DNA from: Corallochytrium limacisporum Hawaii
Lineage: Eukaryota; Protista; Pluriformea
Assembly: GCA_002811645.1 (NCBI GenBank)
Contig: PDIP01000105.1
Location: forward strand, 62,303-126,000
Direction: 5' to 3'
Length of the DNA stretch: 63,698 bases
In this document: positions 61,496 through 63,698 of the stretch, one piece after another
Numbering within the stretch: the stretch's first letter is position 1
Layout: the number at the start of each line of letters is the position of its first letter
The notes under the pieces: model-generated
What the model was told of the DNA's origin: nothing
The model's input: only the letters and a program-made list of their open reading frames with translations
The model's database searches: none
Made by a program: the position numbers and the translations under genes

Positions 61496-61645
61496 TTACA
61501 ATCCGTAGGCACAGGCAGTGTTTATGCCAATTGTGAGAACTACGAAGATGCACACCTTCATCAAAGTGTCACTGTTCACTTTCCTGGTCTCTTCATCTGT
61601 CCGACTGTCCAGATAGATCTGCCTAAAGTTCGGTAGCATGGACAT
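61496..61645 (-). CDS. 49-aa tail-anchored micro-protein, possibly TOM5-like
   Basis: Manual translation: MSMLPNFRQIYLDSRTDEETRKVNSDTLMKVCIFVVLTIGINTACAYGL*. Start context aacacgATG; AATAAA about 50 nt after the stop. Below the ORF-track size cutoff. Confidence 0.55.
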   Translation of the reverse strand: MSMLPNFRQIYLDSRTDEETRKVNSDTLMKVCIFVVLTIGINTACAYGL

Positions 61646-62375
61646 CGTGTTCGAAAGGAGGATTGCCTTTGTACTGCTCTTGTGACGTGACTCTCACGTA
61701 CTAGTGAGACTTGACTCTCTGTACGGGATCAGTGGTTTATCTTTTCAACCTTATGCACAGCCATAACAGCCCACTCTTTTCAAAAGACAACAACAAGTTG
61801 CAGCTTCTTCTCCGAAGGCGTTCGGATACACAAAACTTGTCGCTCCCCGACACTCCTCCCCTTGGCAGCAAGAGCCCCTTTCCTCCATCCCAGGCCGCGC
61901 TGCTAGGCGCTGTTCATTCCGTCCCTCCGTCCCGCTGCTGTGGCGCTCTTTTTCCCTCAAAAACCGCGGTTCTGTGACCGCATTGTAAACACATTGCTGT
62001 GCCCGTATCTGGACGCACACAAAAATGTCAACTTCCCCGGCCCCCCCCCTCAACTCCCCCCCCCTCTTCCTAAAGGCCTATCCCACAGCTGCTCCCCGGG
62101 GGGGGGGCCCCCTTACGCAAGGGACTCGGACCACTTAAAGATCGTAGTTGGGACCCGCGAAAGTGGTTACCACCATGGAGCGTACGCTGACTGGTACTGC
62201 TGGCCATTATGGTAGGTATTTTAGGGGTCACAGGACTGATTGGATATGAAATCTGTAATATTCAATTGCTAATGCCCCTGAGTATCTACAGCGCGATAAA
62301 GATATAGACATTCAGTACGTGCGACATGGTGAAACAGAGAGGCATACAATATGTGAAGAGCACAACAAAATCAGG

Positions 62376-63698
62376 ATGAGTAGTCGTCGGAGTCGGAGTC
62401 CTATCAGCCCGCGCGATGCTCGGGAGACGCCCCGTAGCTCTATTCTGAGCCTTGGAGGAAGGAAACCCAGCAACTGGGCAACAGTACAGCAATTTTTCAA
62501 CACCAAAGAGAAAATTGAAGACTACAAACGCGGAGGGAAGATGCAAAAGAAGATCGAGACGTTCTTCAAGGAAGACAAGGACTCAAGCAAGCGTTTTAAA
62601 GCTTTGTGGACTTTTCTCGAAGGAACTAGCGTCCGGGAACAGCAGCAATTTTTCTCGGAGAACGCATTTGCTATCTACTTTGTCGTTCGGGAGAATATTG
62701 CCATCCTGGAAATGTCGGTAAAGAACCGTTTGTTGAAGGACAAGGAAGCCAGTGATGAAACGCGAAAGGAGATAGTTGACTGCTTGACCGTTCTGTCAAA
62801 AATGATGCAGTACGTGCCAGACCTCATTCGACAACGGTGGCAGGAAGTGAGCATGTCACAAATCCTTAGGAAATGCACAGCAGCGGGCAACACCGCAGAT
62901 GTGAGATCCGAAGGACTCAATATTCTCTTAACTTGGTTACTTACTTTTGAGGAGTTGAAGACCCCCACACTGGTTATCAACCTGTTTGAGAATATGTTTG
63001 ACTTAAACCAGTTTGTGCCGAAGGAAAAAGCAAACATTATTGAGCTTCGGGAAAGACGAAGCTCTGGCGTAGTCGAAGCACCCATCGTGCCACTGCCGAA
63101 GGACACTGATCTTGATACTCAACAGGTCACTGTGGATCAGCTGTCTTTATTGCTGAACTATATGGGCTCATCGATTGAGATCTTCAAACGTCTCTGGCAT
63201 TTGCTGAAGGTTAAGTACCTCGTCGATCTGTACCCGGAGCCATGCCGCGAAAATGGTCTCCTTGCTTCCGATTCTACAAATGGTTTTCCTCTGTGCCCGA
63301 TGCGAATCGAACTGGTCATGTTGGAGTACGTAATTAAGTGGTTGCGTGGCGACTCGGAGGTTCATGCAGAGATTCGGTCATATCTCTCCCAATGCCCGAT
63401 CGATATCATGTTGGTCACCGAGATATTGAGACAAGGGTTTTACTTGCCGTTCGACGAGGCCGATTCAATTATCATGACTGTTGATCTCTATGGGTGGATG
63501 TTAGAAAATGATGATTCTTTCATGTTCCTGAAGGATGAGGCCTTGTTTGGCGATGCACCCCCATATTTTGTGTATGGATATCAGAACTACGTACGACTCT
63601 TCATTGATCATGCGTCGCGGATCTTCTTTACCGACGTCACTGATCACGACACTGCGCTCGCAACGAGGGTTTTTCTGAGAGTTTTCTCCTTTTATCAA
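62376..63698 (+). CDS. RALGAPA: Ral GTPase-activating protein alpha subunit, 5' part (441 codons, runs off the window)
   Basis: Manual translation has no stop to the window end. QQFFSENAFAIYFV, VPDLIRQRWQ...ILRKC...GN...VRSEGLNILLTWL and VTEILRQGFYLP match the RalGAPA N-terminus. Confidence 0.85.
   Translation, partial: MSSRRSRSPISPRDARETPRSSILSLGGRKPSNWATVQQFFNTKEKIEDYKRGGKMQKKIETFFKEDKDSSKRFKALWTFLEGTSVREQQQFFSENAFAIYFVVRENIAILEMSVKNRLLKDKEASDETRKEIVDCLTVLSKMMQYVPDLIRQRWQEVSMSQILRKCTAAGNTADVRSEGLNILLTWLLTFEELKTPTLVINLFENMFDLNQFVPKEKANIIELRERRSSGVVEAPIVPLPKDTDLDTQQVTVDQLSLLLNYMGSSIEIFKRLWHLLKVKYLVDLYPEPCRENGLLASDSTNGFPLCPMRIELVMLEYVIKWLRGDSEVHAEIRSYLSQCPIDIMLVTEILRQGFYLPFDEADSIIMTVDLYGWMLENDDSFMFLKDEALFGDAPPYFVYGYQNYVRLFIDHASRIFFTDVTDHDTALATRVFLRVFSFYQ

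Noticed and set aside
1-63698. tRNA, rRNA, snRNA, CRISPR arrays, transposons or prokaryotic defence systems
   Set aside because: I saw no cloverleaf, snRNA consensus, repeat-spacer array, terminal repeats or transposase/RT ORF. A divergent ncRNA could be missed without Infernal or tRNAscan-SE.

Overview
Gene-dense, eukaryotic nuclear DNA with about 21 protein-coding genes in 64 kb. No coding sequence appears to contain an intron, including a 7.1-kb TOR ORF. Gene content mixes animal-type proteins (RalGAP-alpha, SUV420H, SPAG1, TALPID3-like, OSBP, CD36/LIMP) with an aspartate-pathway enzyme that animals lack. This suggests an intron-poor unicellular holozoan; Corallochytrium-like is my inference and is not verified. 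I found no rRNA, tRNA, CRISPR or mobile element. Four N gaps sit in G/C-rich intergenic tracts. The most interesting points are: an H4K20 methyltransferase fused to a PWWP-like reader and AT-hooks; an aspartokinase fused to an apparently dead homoserine dehydrogenase; a claudin-fold tetraspan protein with a Tyr/PPxY/PDZ signalling tail; three cilium or centriole genes; a 49-aa tail-anchored micro-protein and a RalGAP-alpha ORF, both missing from the ORF track; G-run islands found only upstream of genes; and a cluster of splice signals upstream of TM9SF1. All family calls come from motif recognition by eye; no database search was run.
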